Assembly (NCBI GenBank): GCA_041577295.1
Contig: JBFGJG010000007.1
Coordinates: forward strand, 32,001 to 96,000
DNA length: 64,000 nt
Direction of reading: 5' to 3'
DNA from: Gemmatimonadales bacterium
Lineage (GTDB): Bacteria > Gemmatimonadota > Gemmatimonadetes > Gemmatimonadales > GWC2-71-9
Shown here: positions 9,887 to 19,763 of the stretch, piece by piece
Position numbering within the stretch: position 1 is the first letter of the stretch
Layout: the number at the start of each line of letters is the position of its first letter
The notes under the pieces: model-generated
Told to the model about the DNA's origin: nothing
Seen by the model: only the letters and a program-made list of their open reading frames with translations
Database searches by the model: none
Made by a program: the position numbers and the translations under genes

Positions 9887-10711
9887 CTAATTCACCTTGT
9901 TGAGGAACGTCACTTGGGTAGAAAGGCTAAACGTCTGTGGACCAGGGTCACCCCGTGGGGTGTGCTCGCTCGCACCGACTAGACGCAGCTCCACTCCGCG
10001 AATCGCGGCGATCCCGCCAGGTGGGGGGCAGTTGAAGCGTTGGAGCGCCGGGCCCACGAGACATCGAAATCCTGCCGCAGAGTCGAACGGAGCGACCAAT
10101 TCTTCGCTCGGGTTCGTTCCGGCGCGCCGCCAGAGTCCGATGCGACCGGGCATCATCGTGGAAGGGCCGAAGCGGTAGGTGATGTTTTGATAGAGATAGA
10201 TGAGGGTTCCCGGTGCAGGGGTTTGGAAACCGGGAATGCCCGATATCGCAACCAAGCTCCCGCCCGTTACCACCCGAATGCTGTCAGCCGCGCACGTGGC
10301 CGTGTCAGTGGACGGGGTGACGGAGACGCCCGTAGTGAAGGCGTAGCTCGTGCCGTTGCGACGGGCGATCCCGCTGGGTGAAGCGTTGGCATTCATCAGC
10401 GAATCTGGAGGCGTGAGGGACGCGATGACGGACCCACCCGACTGCTGGCAGGCCACGCCGAACACGTACGGCATACGGAATCGCACGCTATCGTTGGATG
10501 TCGCGATGATTCCGCCGTCCGATACCATTCTCAGCTCGTCCGCGATGGTGTTGATCGCGGCTCTCGCTGCCTGACGGGCACTCATCATCGCGTCCTGCCG
10601 ACTCACGAATCGTGAGTCATCGACGAGCAGCCGCGTGAGCACGGTGCCGAGAATGGCGAGGACCACCGTCGCGATGATCAACTCGGTGAGCGTGAACCCT
10701 CGGGAACTCAA
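9887..10711 (-). CDS. PilW-like minor type IV pilin
   Basis: Prepilin motif SRG|FTLTELIIATVVLAIL. TTG start at 10711 overlaps the upstream stop (TTGA). Confidence 0.85.
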   Translation of the reverse strand: MSSRGFTLTELIIATVVLAILGTVLTRLLVDDSRFVSRQDAMMSARQAARAAINTIADELRMVSDGGIIATSNDSVRFRMPYVFGVACQQSGGSVIASLTPPDSLMNANASPSGIARRNGTSYAFTTGVSVTPSTDTATCAADSIRVVTGGSLVAISGIPGFQTPAPGTLIYLYQNITYRFGPSTMMPGRIGLWRRAGTNPSEELVAPFDSAAGFRCLVGPALQRFNCPPPGGIAAIRGVELRLVGASEHTPRGDPGPQTFSLSTQVTFLNKVN

Positions 10712-11139
10712 TTTGCGTTGAAGGGCGACGGGGATCGGGTTCGGTTGCGATCGACCACTACCGTATCCGGTGTGGCCATGAGGTTTCCGATGGGGGAGAT
10801 GATGACGCGGATCTGCTGATACCGGGGTGCGTTCACGGGAAGTTCGACGCACTGCGTATAGAGGAGCTGCCCCGTCGAGAGGCTATCGACACACCCCACC
10901 GCGGTTGGTGCACTGTCCCACGGAAGCGCGCGACTCCATGCCTCGGCGCTGATCACTGCGGAGCTGCGATAGGCGACGGCCGCGGCCTGACGCGTGTGTC
11001 GTGCCGATTGAAACATGAGCCCGCCGAGTCCCATCAAGACCACACTCAGGATGCTGAGTGCGAGCATGATCTCGATGAGCGACACGCCGGCGTTGCCGGC
11101 GCGAACCCTACCCGCTGGTAATCCGGATCTGTCCTGCAC
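10708..11139 (-). CDS. PilV-like minor type IV pilin
   Basis: Prepilin motif NAG|VSLIEIMLALSILSVV. Confidence 0.82.
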   Translation of the reverse strand: MQDRSGLPAGRVRAGNAGVSLIEIMLALSILSVVLMGLGGLMFQSARHTRQAAAVAYRSSAVISAEAWSRALPWDSAPTAVGCVDSLSTGQLLYTQCVELPVNAPRYQQIRVIISPIGNLMATPDTVVVDRNRTRSPSPFNAN

Positions 11140-11584
11140 GGGTCAGTCGTACCTCACGATCGTATCCCTTCAACTGGACCCGAAACGTGGTAGTCTGCCG
11201 GGCTACACCAGTCGGGAATACTTCGATACTGCTCGGTGATGCAGAAAGCGAGTCCAGCTGAAAATCCGTGTCCTCTCCAAGGAACCGTTCTCGGAAGACC
11301 TGGGTCGTTGCGCGATCGCGAATCGTATAGCTCCTGAGCGAAGGAGATACGATCACCACAACCGGTCTTCGTTGTCGTGCCGCCATGAGCTGTGCGTATT
11401 GCAGGTCGGCCGCGAGCGTCCACGCCGCGCGATTGACGCGCGCCTGGAGCAGACCCGGCCCCATGCGCCAATACGCGAGCGACGTAAGGATGCCCACGAT
11501 GGCGATGACCATCGCCAGCTCGATGAACGTGTAGCCGCGTTTGCGCGTTCGCGAAGCAAGAGCCAACGAGGAAACCGTCACCAT
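11108..11584 (-). CDS. FimT/GspH-like minor pilin (start uncertain)
   Basis: KRG|YTFIELAMVIAIVGIL; ADLQYAQLMAARQRRPV and FPTG...LTRAGQI GspH-type C-terminus. Confidence 0.85.
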   Translation of the reverse strand: MVTVSSLALASRTRKRGYTFIELAMVIAIVGILTSLAYWRMGPGLLQARVNRAAWTLAADLQYAQLMAARQRRPVVVIVSPSLRSYTIRDRATTQVFRERFLGEDTDFQLDSLSASPSSIEVFPTGVARQTTTFRVQLKGYDREVRLTRAGQIRITSG

Positions 11585-11600
11585 TGAATAATAGACCAAA

Positions 11601-11631
11601 CGCCGCACCGAGGTAATACCTCGGGGCGGCG
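11601..11631. promoter_or_regulatory. 15-bp inverted repeat immediately upstream of the pilin cluster (terminator/attenuator or operator)
   Basis: CGCCGCACCGAGGTA-A-TACCTCGGGGCGGCG (14/15 matches); followed by TTTGGT on the minus strand. Confidence 0.55.
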
Positions 11632-11790
11632 CGTTGAACCCGTTGTCCTTTTGTAGCTTACAGCGTCGAGGGCCGTCGTCCGAAGCCCCGGCTCACGTGA
11701 GCCCCTTCGTGGCCAGGATCGGGCGGCGCCCCCGACGTGTTTCCGACGTAGTACCATGCCCGCGCCGGCGCCCCCCCGCCGTGATCACGG

Positions 11791-13014
11791 TCACATGAGC
11801 CCGCGGAGTTCGAAGCCCGGGTCGGCCAACTGCGGTGCTGCAGCCGCGAGGGCGACGTGTCGCTTGATCAACTTCTTGAGCGGGGAAAACTCTCGTTTGT
11901 TTCCGTTGACCGAAAAGTAGGCCGTAAGCCGGTCATCCTTGAGTAAGAGGACCGTGAACGCTCCCGACTCGACGGATCCACGGACGATGGAACGGTCGTA
12001 GTCACTTTCATCGCCCGCAAACTCCAGATGCAAGTCGAAAACGTCCGACCATACATAGCTCAACAACTCGTACTCGCGATCCCCACCTGCCATGTTCTGT
12101 CCTGCAATCTGTCCCGAGTACTCTGCGTGTCCCCAATGTTCGACGCGACGGCGCTTCGCAAATACTGGGTCGGGAAAGTTGGCGATGTCACCCGCCGCGA
12201 GGACGTGGGGCTGTGAGGTACGAAGGTGTGAGTCGACGAGCACCCCATCCCCCACACCCAATCCAGCGCTTTGCGCCAGCTCGACGTTGGGCTCGATGCC
12301 AATGGCGATCAATACTGCGTCACACTCTATCTCCAGACCTTCGCGCGTAACGACACGCTCCACGGCGTTGCTGCCACGGATCTCGACGAGCGTGTCGTTC
12401 ATGTGAAACATCACGCCACGATTTCGACAGTACTCCTGAAAGAAGTCACTAAGAGTCTCGTCGACAAACCGTGCCCAAACGCGCGGTGCTGACTCTACGA
12501 CCGTGACCTTTACCCCGCGGGTCCGCAGACTCGCCGCTGCCTCGAGACCGATGAAACCTGCACCCACGATAACAACGTCGTCTGCCTCGCCGTACACTGA
12601 GAGCGCCTGGGCGTCATCGACCGTGCGAAGGTAATGGACCCCAGCAAGTCGCTCGCCGGGAATGCCCAGCACCCGCGGCCGGCCACCGGTGGCAAGCAGA
12701 GCTTGCTCGAATCGGATCCGCCTGCCGTCAGCGAGCACCGCCTCATGGGCCTCGGGATCGAGTTCGACCACGGGGCAGCCGAGCACGAGCTCGACTCCCT
12801 GTGCCTCGAGCTCTTCTGGTTGCACGTACGTCAGCTCGTCGCGTGACGTCTCACCCCGCAGGAACTCCTTGGAAAGAGGGGGCCGGTCGTACGGCACGTG
12901 AGGTTCCTCGCTCACCAGAACGAGGTTCCCCTTGGCTCCCTGGCGCCGTAGCTGCTTGGCTGCTTGGCTGGCGGCGAGTCCGCCGCCAATCAACAAGTAT
13001 CTGATGTGGGGCAT
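11791..13014 (-). CDS. FAD/NAD(P)-dependent oxidoreductase (ferredoxin-reductase type)
   Basis: IGGGLA, PYDRPPLSK, ATGG, VGAGFIGLEAA, AAGDIA, RVEHW, WSD motifs. Confidence 0.93.
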   Translation of the reverse strand: MPHIRYLLIGGGLAASQAAKQLRRQGAKGNLVLVSEEPHVPYDRPPLSKEFLRGETSRDELTYVQPEELEAQGVELVLGCPVVELDPEAHEAVLADGRRIRFEQALLATGGRPRVLGIPGERLAGVHYLRTVDDAQALSVYGEADDVVIVGAGFIGLEAAASLRTRGVKVTVVESAPRVWARFVDETLSDFFQEYCRNRGVMFHMNDTLVEIRGSNAVERVVTREGLEIECDAVLIAIGIEPNVELAQSAGLGVGDGVLVDSHLRTSQPHVLAAGDIANFPDPVFAKRRRVEHWGHAEYSGQIAGQNMAGGDREYELLSYVWSDVFDLHLEFAGDESDYDRSIVRGSVESGAFTVLLLKDDRLTAYFSVNGNKREFSPLKKLIKRHVALAAAAPQLADPGFELRGLM

Positions 13015-13047
13015 TGAGACGTCGACCCGTTTCCGAGACGCGTCACA

Positions 13048-13566
13048 TCAGTGACGATGCGTGGTACCGTACCCGCGTGCTTCGTCGTACGCGGCGACCT
13101 GCGCGGGCGTCAATGACTCGCGCACGCGGAGGTGCGCTTGGAGGTGCGTAATACGCAACGCACCGTTCAAGCTTGCGATGCGTTGTACGAGTCTCATGAG
13201 CGAACTGTCCCGTATATCGCCACTGGCGAACAGCCCGTCGAGTGCGCGCTCTTCCTCGACAATCTGCTTCCCAAGCGTCGAGGCGTTTTCGCTCATTTCG
13301 CGGAAGATGGCTTCGACCCTTGCAAGCTGATCCTGCGTCAGACCAAGCGTCGTCGCGAGGTCGATGACGTGCTTCGGACCGGGGTAGTGGTTGAGCTCGG
13401 CAGCCATGGCGAACCCCATACCGTCACCCGCGAGGTATGCCGCAATGTCCTCGGGTGACAGCGCCTTGACGTCACGATGCTCGTGACCGGCATAGGGAGA
13501 GACCTGTGCCAGGGCGGGTCCCGACGGCAGCAAGCAAACAGTTAGGAAGATGAGGCACGTGCGCAT
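13048..13566 (-). CDS. Periplasmic Spy/CpxP-like (LTxxQ) protein
   Basis: Signal peptide; GMGFAMAAELNHYPGPKHV, LGLTQDQ, LTPAQVAAY; His-rich tail. Start set at ATG 13566. Confidence 0.8.
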   Translation of the reverse strand: MRTCLIFLTVCLLPSGPALAQVSPYAGHEHRDVKALSPEDIAAYLAGDGMGFAMAAELNHYPGPKHVIDLATTLGLTQDQLARVEAIFREMSENASTLGKQIVEEERALDGLFASGDIRDSSLMRLVQRIASLNGALRITHLQAHLRVRESLTPAQVAAYDEARGYGTTHRH

Positions 13567-13717
13567 GATCCCTCTCAGCCGGATGTGATGCACTGGGTAT
13601 GTTGTTGGGCAATATAGAAGACCCGCGCCATCCATGACTGAGGGAGTGGTAGGTGCCCTGGCGGCTAACTACATTTCCGTTTCCACAGAGCACACCCGTC
13701 GCAGGAAAGGTGAGACG

Positions 13718-14305
13718 ATGTACGCTTCTATCGTGACGATTCTTCTACCGTTTTCCGTGATGGCGGCCCCGGTTGGTTTGGTTCCGGCGATCGCAGCAGA
13801 CACCAGTTGCATCGTGATGAACGCCAATCTCGACACCCGCCGCAGCCCGTTGGACTCGCTAACGTTCATGGTTCAGGGAAGTCCGGTCAAAGTCTGTTAC
13901 GGACGCCCATCTGCCCGCGGTCGGACCATGATTGGTGGGTCGTCCGTCCCCTTCGGCAAGATCTGGCGCACGGGAGCCAACGAGCCAACAATGCTCCACA
14001 CTGCCATTCCGCTCGACATCGGTGGTGTGCGTGTCGGGCCCGGGACGTACTCGGTATACACCGTTCCCGGTGAAACAACGTGGCAGATCGTTCTCAACAG
14101 CTCGATCACGCAGTGGGGTCACGAGCGAAATTACACCGGTGACGTTGCCGCCCAAGAGATCGGTCGGGCATCCGCGCCCAGTGACCGCGTTCAAGGCCAC
14201 GTGGAAACCTTTACGATGCGCGCAGAGCCCTCGAGCGACGGCAGTGCCACGCTCATCATGGAGTGGGAGCACACCACGGTGAAGGTGCCTTTCAAGAAGG
14301 GATAG
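13718..14305 (+). CDS. DUF2911 family protein
   Basis: RRSP, YGRPSARGR, VPFGKIWRTGANEPT, GTYSVYTVP, WEHT motifs; SD-like AGGAAAGG before ATG 13718. Confidence 0.88.
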   Translation: MYASIVTILLPFSVMAAPVGLVPAIAADTSCIVMNANLDTRRSPLDSLTFMVQGSPVKVCYGRPSARGRTMIGGSSVPFGKIWRTGANEPTMLHTAIPLDIGGVRVGPGTYSVYTVPGETTWQIVLNSSITQWGHERNYTGDVAAQEIGRASAPSDRVQGHVETFTMRAEPSSDGSATLIMEWEHTTVKVPFKKG

Positions 14306-16097
14306 AGGGAATAGACCGGGCGGCCTCCTTGCCGGCCAAGAACACCAGTACGATGAGCACTCCACTGGCCGCGCTCACGGTAACCTTGAGCGCGGCTGGT
14401 GCGGCGCTTGCCGAGAGAAATCCTTCGATCAAACCAGCGAGCACCAGCAGGGCTGTGGCGACACCCACGAGCTCCACCGCGCGTTTGCCGTTGATCACCA
14501 AAGCGTCCCGCCGTCGTAGATCTCCAGGCGCGATGACGGCCTGACCCACTAGCAATCCCGCCCCGCCGGCGATAAAGATGGCCGTGAGCTCGAGCACGCC
14601 GTGACCAGCGACGAATGTGAGGAGCCAGCCGGCCAAACCGTAGTTGGCAAACAATCCGAGCACGGCTCCAAAGAACAGGCCGTTGAACGTGAGCACCAGC
14701 AGCGTACCGACACCGGCCAGAATGCCAAATGCGAAAGCGGCGAAGGCGACCTGCACGTTGTTTGCAATGATACTCGACGCGAACAGCGGGAGGAGCGGAT
14801 CTGGTGCTTCGGCGTAGCCTCGACCTTGTACTGCGTGTGACTGGCCAGCCTCCGCTCGAGCGATCATCTCATCCGGCAGAATGTCATGTGCAACAGGTGG
14901 GCGCTCGCGAATCAACGTGTACCCTGCGATGCCGGGCAGCACGAACATCAGCAAGGCAACAAACACATAGCCGCGAGCGCGGTACGTCGTGGCCGGCAGA
15001 GTCGCAAGCAGCAGCCGGTGCCACGCCTCGCGTCGAGCCCGGCGCGCGCCGTAAAGGGCATTATGACCCGAGCTCACGATGCGAGCGAGATAGTCCATCA
15101 CCCTGGGATCGACGCCGTACGTTCGCGCCCGTGCCAAATCGGCGGCGACTTCGCGGTACGCTGCCGCAAACGCGGTGAGCTCGCTCCCCGTAAGGCGCCG
15201 GATCCCGCCCCGCTCGACTTCAGAGATACGGCGGCGAAACCGCTCCCACGATTCCTGCTTGAGTGCGATGAACCGCTCGGTGCCACCACGGCGGCCGGCG
15301 TGATCTGCCAGGCCGCTGCCCAGGGCGCCGCGCCGCCGCGCACGCTCCCGATCGTAGAGGTTCGTGAGAAATAGAGCTGGGTCGGGATTGCGTTGTGGGT
15401 ATCGCGGCGCGAAGCGGGCCTCTAGCTCGCCCAGAAAGCGGCGTCGGGTGTCGGCTGTGAGAGTATCGAGTCGTGTCAGCAGCTGCTCCACCAGCCGATA
15501 CTCATCGTCGGCCAGCTCGGGAGTGCCCAGGTCTACGTGGTCCTGCTCCACTGACGGCTGGAAACCAGCGAGCGAAACGTCTTGCGGCCGGTCGCGCACC
15601 ACGATCGTTCCCGCGACGATGTCGCCCAGACGTTTGTTCTGGCCGTGGAGGAAGACGAAGAGCAGACCGAGGAGGTAGGACGGGACGGGTTGGACGTCGA
15701 CGAGGCGGCTGAGATTTCGAATGACGGCAGCGGCGAACGTTACGGAGTGGCCCGTATCCATCACGACACGGATTCCCAGCCGTCGCTTTCCGGGTGTACG
15801 GCCGTTCCACAGGGCCTCGAACAACACGAAGTATCCCCAAAACACGAGGAACCAGAGCGCGACGATCACCGCGGCGATCCATCCGCCGAGCCTGTCACCG
15901 ACCCAGGGTACGCCGACAAACTCCCAGGCTACGGTGGAGAGTGTGAGAAAGAGCGTGACGAGAATCGTATCATAGATCGCGGCGGCGGCACGGGACCCGA
16001 TGCCCGCGAGCTCGAACTCGAGCACCACGTGTTCCGGCGTCTCGACGCTCAGCCGACGCGTAAGGCTGATGGGTGTTGACTCTCGCGTGCGTGGCAT
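14292..16097 (-). CDS. RDD domain + SpoIIM-like (stage II sporulation M) membrane fusion protein
   Basis: N-terminal ETPEHV..LAGIGSRAAA..D, GRTPGKR, KRLGDIVAGTIVV (RDD). C-terminal IIANNVQVAF, FNG, HGVLELTAI, AGLIEGF (SpoIIM). Confidence 0.9.
   Translation of the reverse strand: MPRTRESTPISLTRRLSVETPEHVVLEFELAGIGSRAAAAIYDTILVTLFLTLSTVAWEFVGVPWVGDRLGGWIAAVIVALWFLVFWGYFVLFEALWNGRTPGKRRLGIRVVMDTGHSVTFAAAVIRNLSRLVDVQPVPSYLLGLLFVFLHGQNKRLGDIVAGTIVVRDRPQDVSLAGFQPSVEQDHVDLGTPELADDEYRLVEQLLTRLDTLTADTRRRFLGELEARFAPRYPQRNPDPALFLTNLYDRERARRRGALGSGLADHAGRRGGTERFIALKQESWERFRRRISEVERGGIRRLTGSELTAFAAAYREVAADLARARTYGVDPRVMDYLARIVSSGHNALYGARRARREAWHRLLLATLPATTYRARGYVFVALLMFVLPGIAGYTLIRERPPVAHDILPDEMIARAEAGQSHAVQGRGYAEAPDPLLPLFASSIIANNVQVAFAAFAFGILAGVGTLLVLTFNGLFFGAVLGLFANYGLAGWLLTFVAGHGVLELTAIFIAGGAGLLVGQAVIAPGDLRRRDALVINGKRAVELVGVATALLVLAGLIEGFLSASAAPAALKVTVSAASGVLIVLVFLAGKEAARSIPSIPS
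14296..14313 (+). repeat. Nonamer tandem GAAGGGATA GAGGGAATA in the overlap of two convergent gene ends
   Basis: Contains the DUF2911 TAG and encodes the SIPSIPS tail of the antisense gene. Confidence 0.5.
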
Positions 16098-16134
16098 CTG
16101 TGGCGCATTTTACGCCGCAGGAGGGCCAAAGGCT

Positions 16135-16971
16135 ATGTCTCTCATTCGAGCGATGTCTGTCGGTGAAATCATTGATGGAGCGTTCGCGGTCTACCGGCAG
16201 CATTTTGCCACCCTGTTCGGCATTGGCGTCGTGTGTGTTGGTCCGCCGACGCTGTTGTACTTCGGTACGTTGGCCATCACGCCACTCACCTCGCTGTGGA
16301 CGGTCCTCACTGTTTGCGCCGTGTTGCTCTACAGTGTCGGAAGCCTGATTGGGACGGGCGCCACCGTGTGGGGCGTCTCGGAAGCATTCCTTGGCCGCAA
16401 GCCAGAGCTTGGTTCAGCACTGCGATTCGCGGCGGGAAAAGCGGTGCGGGTATTAGTTGCCGGCTTGGCGAAATGGCTCATCATCGGTATCGCCTCCATG
16501 GTCGCCTGGGTCGTGGTGGTCTTGATTATCCCGGTGCTCGGCGCGTCCGTGCTGAGTGCGTTCCTGGTCATCGCGGGTGCGGTCGCGGCCCTCTGGGTGA
16601 TGGTGTTTCTCGCAGCCGGTTACGCGGTGGTCACCCCGAGCGTGGTGCTCGAAGAACTGCCGCACGCACCAGATGCATTGGGACGGTCGTGGCTGCTGAC
16701 CAAAGGCGCGAAACGGAAGGCCGTGGGGGTGGGAGTGATTGTCATGCTGCTCATCACCGCTCCGGTGGTGGCTACTGGGGCGCTTTCGGCGCTGATTCCT
16801 GGAATGCTCCTTCTGTGGGAAACCATCGGTACGTTGGGGCAAGTACTGCTGTATCCCGTGTTCTCCTGTGCCTTGACGCTTCTTTATTACGACCTCCGCG
16901 TGCGCAAGGAGGCCTTCGATCTAGAGCATCTGAGTAGGCAGTTGGCGATCACGGGAGCGCCAAGGGCGTGA
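16135..16971 (+). CDS. Polytopic membrane protein of the MoxR/DUF58/RDD cluster
   Basis: RAMSVGEIIDGAF..YR N-terminus, ALGRSWLL, and LLYYDLRVRKEAFDL C-terminus; SD AGGAGG before ATG 16135. Confidence 0.85.
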   Translation: MSLIRAMSVGEIIDGAFAVYRQHFATLFGIGVVCVGPPTLLYFGTLAITPLTSLWTVLTVCAVLLYSVGSLIGTGATVWGVSEAFLGRKPELGSALRFAAGKAVRVLVAGLAKWLIIGIASMVAWVVVVLIIPVLGASVLSAFLVIAGAVAALWVMVFLAAGYAVVTPSVVLEELPHAPDALGRSWLLTKGAKRKAVGVGVIVMLLITAPVVATGALSALIPGMLLLWETIGTLGQVLLYPVFSCALTLLYYDLRVRKEAFDLEHLSRQLAITGAPRA

Positions 16972-17591
16972 GTCAACGTGGCCAGGTTCCGGAGCCCGAT
17001 TCGATTCGCACCGTGCTCCGTGAGATCTTTGCCGCAGAGGAATACGACTGGCAGACGGCTCGCAACCCTCTCGCCTTCCTCGTCGAGGCGTGGCAACAGC
17101 TTCTGGGGTGGATAGCCGGTCTTCAGGAGAGTCACCCGGGCGTGTATGTCGTGACGCTGGTAGCGCTCAGCGTGCTCCTCATCGCCATCCTCGCGCATCT
17201 CGGCTACCTGATCTGGCGGGCCTTACGCCCCGGCCGAACTGGCTCGACTACCGCGGCACGCCAGACGGCTGAGTCCATGGACGCTCGGTGGTATCGGGCC
17301 GAATCCGATCGCCTGGCTGCGGAGGGCCAGTTTGCGGAGGCCCTTGCCCATCGGTTTATGGCCGTCGTCCTCGATCTCGACGCCCGTGCGATCGTGACTT
17401 TTCAACCATCGAAGACCCCTGCAGAGTATCTGCGGGAGGCGGGCCTCACCGATGCGCAGCGGACCGCGCTTCGGGATTTGGTGCAATCTCTCTACCGGCA
17501 TCTCTTCGCCGGTCAAACCTGTGATGCCGTCCAGCTGGACCAGTTCAATCACACAGCCGCACGATTAGGGAGTCCAGTTGCGGCGGGGTGA
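16968..17591 (+). CDS. DUF4129-type membrane protein
   Basis: One TM region; GQFAEALAHRF, SKTPAEY, LYRHLFAG motifs; GTGA coupling to the upstream gene. Confidence 0.8.
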   Translation: MSQRGQVPEPDSIRTVLREIFAAEEYDWQTARNPLAFLVEAWQQLLGWIAGLQESHPGVYVVTLVALSVLLIAILAHLGYLIWRALRPGRTGSTTAARQTAESMDARWYRAESDRLAAEGQFAEALAHRFMAVVLDLDARAIVTFQPSKTPAEYLREAGLTDAQRTALRDLVQSLYRHLFAGQTCDAVQLDQFNHTAARLGSPVAAG

Positions 17592-18852
17592 GCTGTTTGT
17601 CGTCCTAGCGATCGTCGCGAGCATAATCGCTGTGGGTCTGCTGGTGCCGCGGGCGACCATCGACGACGACGCTTGGGACTTCCGCCGCTCGACGGAGCGG
17701 CCGGGCCCCAATGGTGCGAAGGGACTGGCTGCCGTGCTCGACGCACTTGGAGCGCGCGTGGAACAGCGGCGACGTGCGTTGTTTGGCGCGTCGGAAGACA
17801 CCTCGCTCACGGGTGGTTCGACCGCGCTTGTCATGCTGGATGTGATTACTCCCGTTACATCGGTCGAGGCGGAGCAGGTTCGCGATCTGGTGGCGCAGGG
17901 TGGTACGCTAGTGGTCGCCGGATCGAATGGTGTGGAGCAGTGCTTTGGGATGGGCATCCGTGATGTAGGAGCAGCCGTGTTCCGATCGCCGACGGACACC
18001 CTTGTGTCCGACTATTCCGATTCCGTCGCGGTGACGGCGGATCACCCCATCGGGCACACCCGGTGGACGCTTGCCTGGACTGCGGAGGAGCCACTCGAGG
18101 ATCGCACAATCTGGTCCGCGGACACCGACTGTCTCGCCCTCCACCCAACCGAGGTGGACACGCTCATGCGCACGATCGACCGTCGAGCTGTCGCATGGCG
18201 GCTGGGGTTCGCCGGTGGTGGCCGTGTACTCGCGCTGGCGGATTCGCGGTACATCTCCAACCGGGACCTGAAGGAAACCGACGCGGGCGTCGTCGTTATT
18301 CCGTGGCTGCTCGATCTCGAGGCCACGACTTTCGTGTTTGATGAGTATCATCAGGGATTCGGGACCCGCAGTTCAATGACAGGGCTGTTCGGCGCCACCG
18401 GGCGGTGGGCTATCTCCTCGCCGCTCGGTTGGATGCTGCTGCAACTCGTGTTCGCCGGTGTTGTGGCGCTCGCTGTGGCCGCCATACGGTTTGGCCCGGC
18501 GCTCACGGCGATTGAGCGACGTCGTCGTTCTCCTCTGGAACACGTAGACGCTCTGGCAGTCGGCCTCGAACGCGCGGAAGCGGAAGAAGCAGCTGTGCGG
18601 CTCATCGCTGCGGGTTTGCGTCGCCGACTCCATCCGCGATCCGGTGGTGCGACTCGTCGCACGCAAGATCTCGAGGTTTGGTTGGAAGCGCTCGAACGGC
18701 ATGCAAACGATCCAAAGGCCCAGCGAGCGCTTGGTGCGCTCCGGCGGGTCCTGGTGCAACGTGAACGGACCGATCGTGTCCGCCACGCCGCCTCAGCCGT
18801 GGAGGATGTGTGGGAAGCACTGACGCACGAGAAAGCAGCCAACGCGTTTTAG
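17578..18852 (+). CDS. DUF4350-type membrane-anchored protein
   Basis: STERPGPNGAKGL, GGTLVVAG, FVFDEYHQGF, RFGP motifs; two TM segments. Confidence 0.82.
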   Translation: MRRGELFVVLAIVASIIAVGLLVPRATIDDDAWDFRRSTERPGPNGAKGLAAVLDALGARVEQRRRALFGASEDTSLTGGSTALVMLDVITPVTSVEAEQVRDLVAQGGTLVVAGSNGVEQCFGMGIRDVGAAVFRSPTDTLVSDYSDSVAVTADHPIGHTRWTLAWTAEEPLEDRTIWSADTDCLALHPTEVDTLMRTIDRRAVAWRLGFAGGGRVLALADSRYISNRDLKETDAGVVVIPWLLDLEATTFVFDEYHQGFGTRSSMTGLFGATGRWAISSPLGWMLLQLVFAGVVALAVAAIRFGPALTAIERRRRSPLEHVDALAVGLERAEAEEAAVRLIAAGLRRRLHPRSGGATRRTQDLEVWLEALERHANDPKAQRALGALRRVLVQRERTDRVRHAASAVEDVWEALTHEKAANAF

Positions 18853-19763
18853 AAACCGTTCGTAAGGTCATCCTCGGACAAGACGACGTTACGAGAGATT
18901 GCGTCGTTGCACTCCTTGCTCGAGGTCATGTACTTCTCGAAGGAGTGCCAGGAACGGGAAAGACGTTGCTCGTACGGTCGTTGGCGCAGGCACTACAAGT
19001 CTCCTATGTGCGTATCCAATTCACACCGGACCTGATGCCCGGTGACATCACAGGCATCTCTGTGCTCACGGGCTCTGACTTTAGGTTTCGGCAGGGACCG
19101 ATCTTTCACGACCTGGTCTTGGCTGATGAGATCAACAGGGCACCCGCGAAAACACAAGCCGCCTTGCTGGAGGCGATGCAAGAGCGGACCGTCACAGTGG
19201 ACGGAGTGACGCACTCACTGCCGGAGACGTTCACCGTTTTGGCGACACAGAATCCCATCGAGTTCGAGGGTACTTATCCGCTACCGGAGGCAGAGCTCGA
19301 TCGGTTCATGTTGAAGGCAAAGATCGACTACCCGTCCGCGGACGTCGAGCAGAAGATCCTCGGCCGATACCTCGAGGGTTTCGAAGCCGATCTACCAGAG
19401 ACCTACGGCGTGAGTCCGGTCACGGACGCGGCTGGCGTGCGCACGCTACGAGAGGCCGTTCGCGCCATACGCGTCGAACCCCGGATCACCGCATACATCA
19501 CATCGATTGTGCGCGCGACGAGAGCCGCACCCACCCTGATGCTCGGTGCGAGCCCCCGGGCTGGCGTCGCGCTCCTCAAGACGTCCCGTGCGCTGGCCCT
19601 CATCGAGGGACGTGATTTCGTGATCCCGGACGACGTCAAGCAACTCGCACCTGCGGTGCTTCGCCATCGGGTGGCGGTAGCTCCGGAGCTCGAGCTCGAG
19701 GGCGTGACGCCGGACGTCGCGCTCAAAGCCATCCTCGATCAAACGGAAGTGCCCACCGCCTGA
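18810..19763 (+). CDS. moxR: MoxR family AAA+ ATPase
   Basis: GHVLLEGVPGTGKT (Walker A), RIQFTPDLMP, LADEINRAPAKTQAALLEAM, ATQNPIE, YPLPEAELDRF, GASPR. Confidence 0.96.
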   Translation: MGSTDARESSQRVLETVRKVILGQDDVTRDCVVALLARGHVLLEGVPGTGKTLLVRSLAQALQVSYVRIQFTPDLMPGDITGISVLTGSDFRFRQGPIFHDLVLADEINRAPAKTQAALLEAMQERTVTVDGVTHSLPETFTVLATQNPIEFEGTYPLPEAELDRFMLKAKIDYPSADVEQKILGRYLEGFEADLPETYGVSPVTDAAGVRTLREAVRAIRVEPRITAYITSIVRATRAAPTLMLGASPRAGVALLKTSRALALIEGRDFVIPDDVKQLAPAVLRHRVAVAPELELEGVTPDVALKAILDQTEVPTA

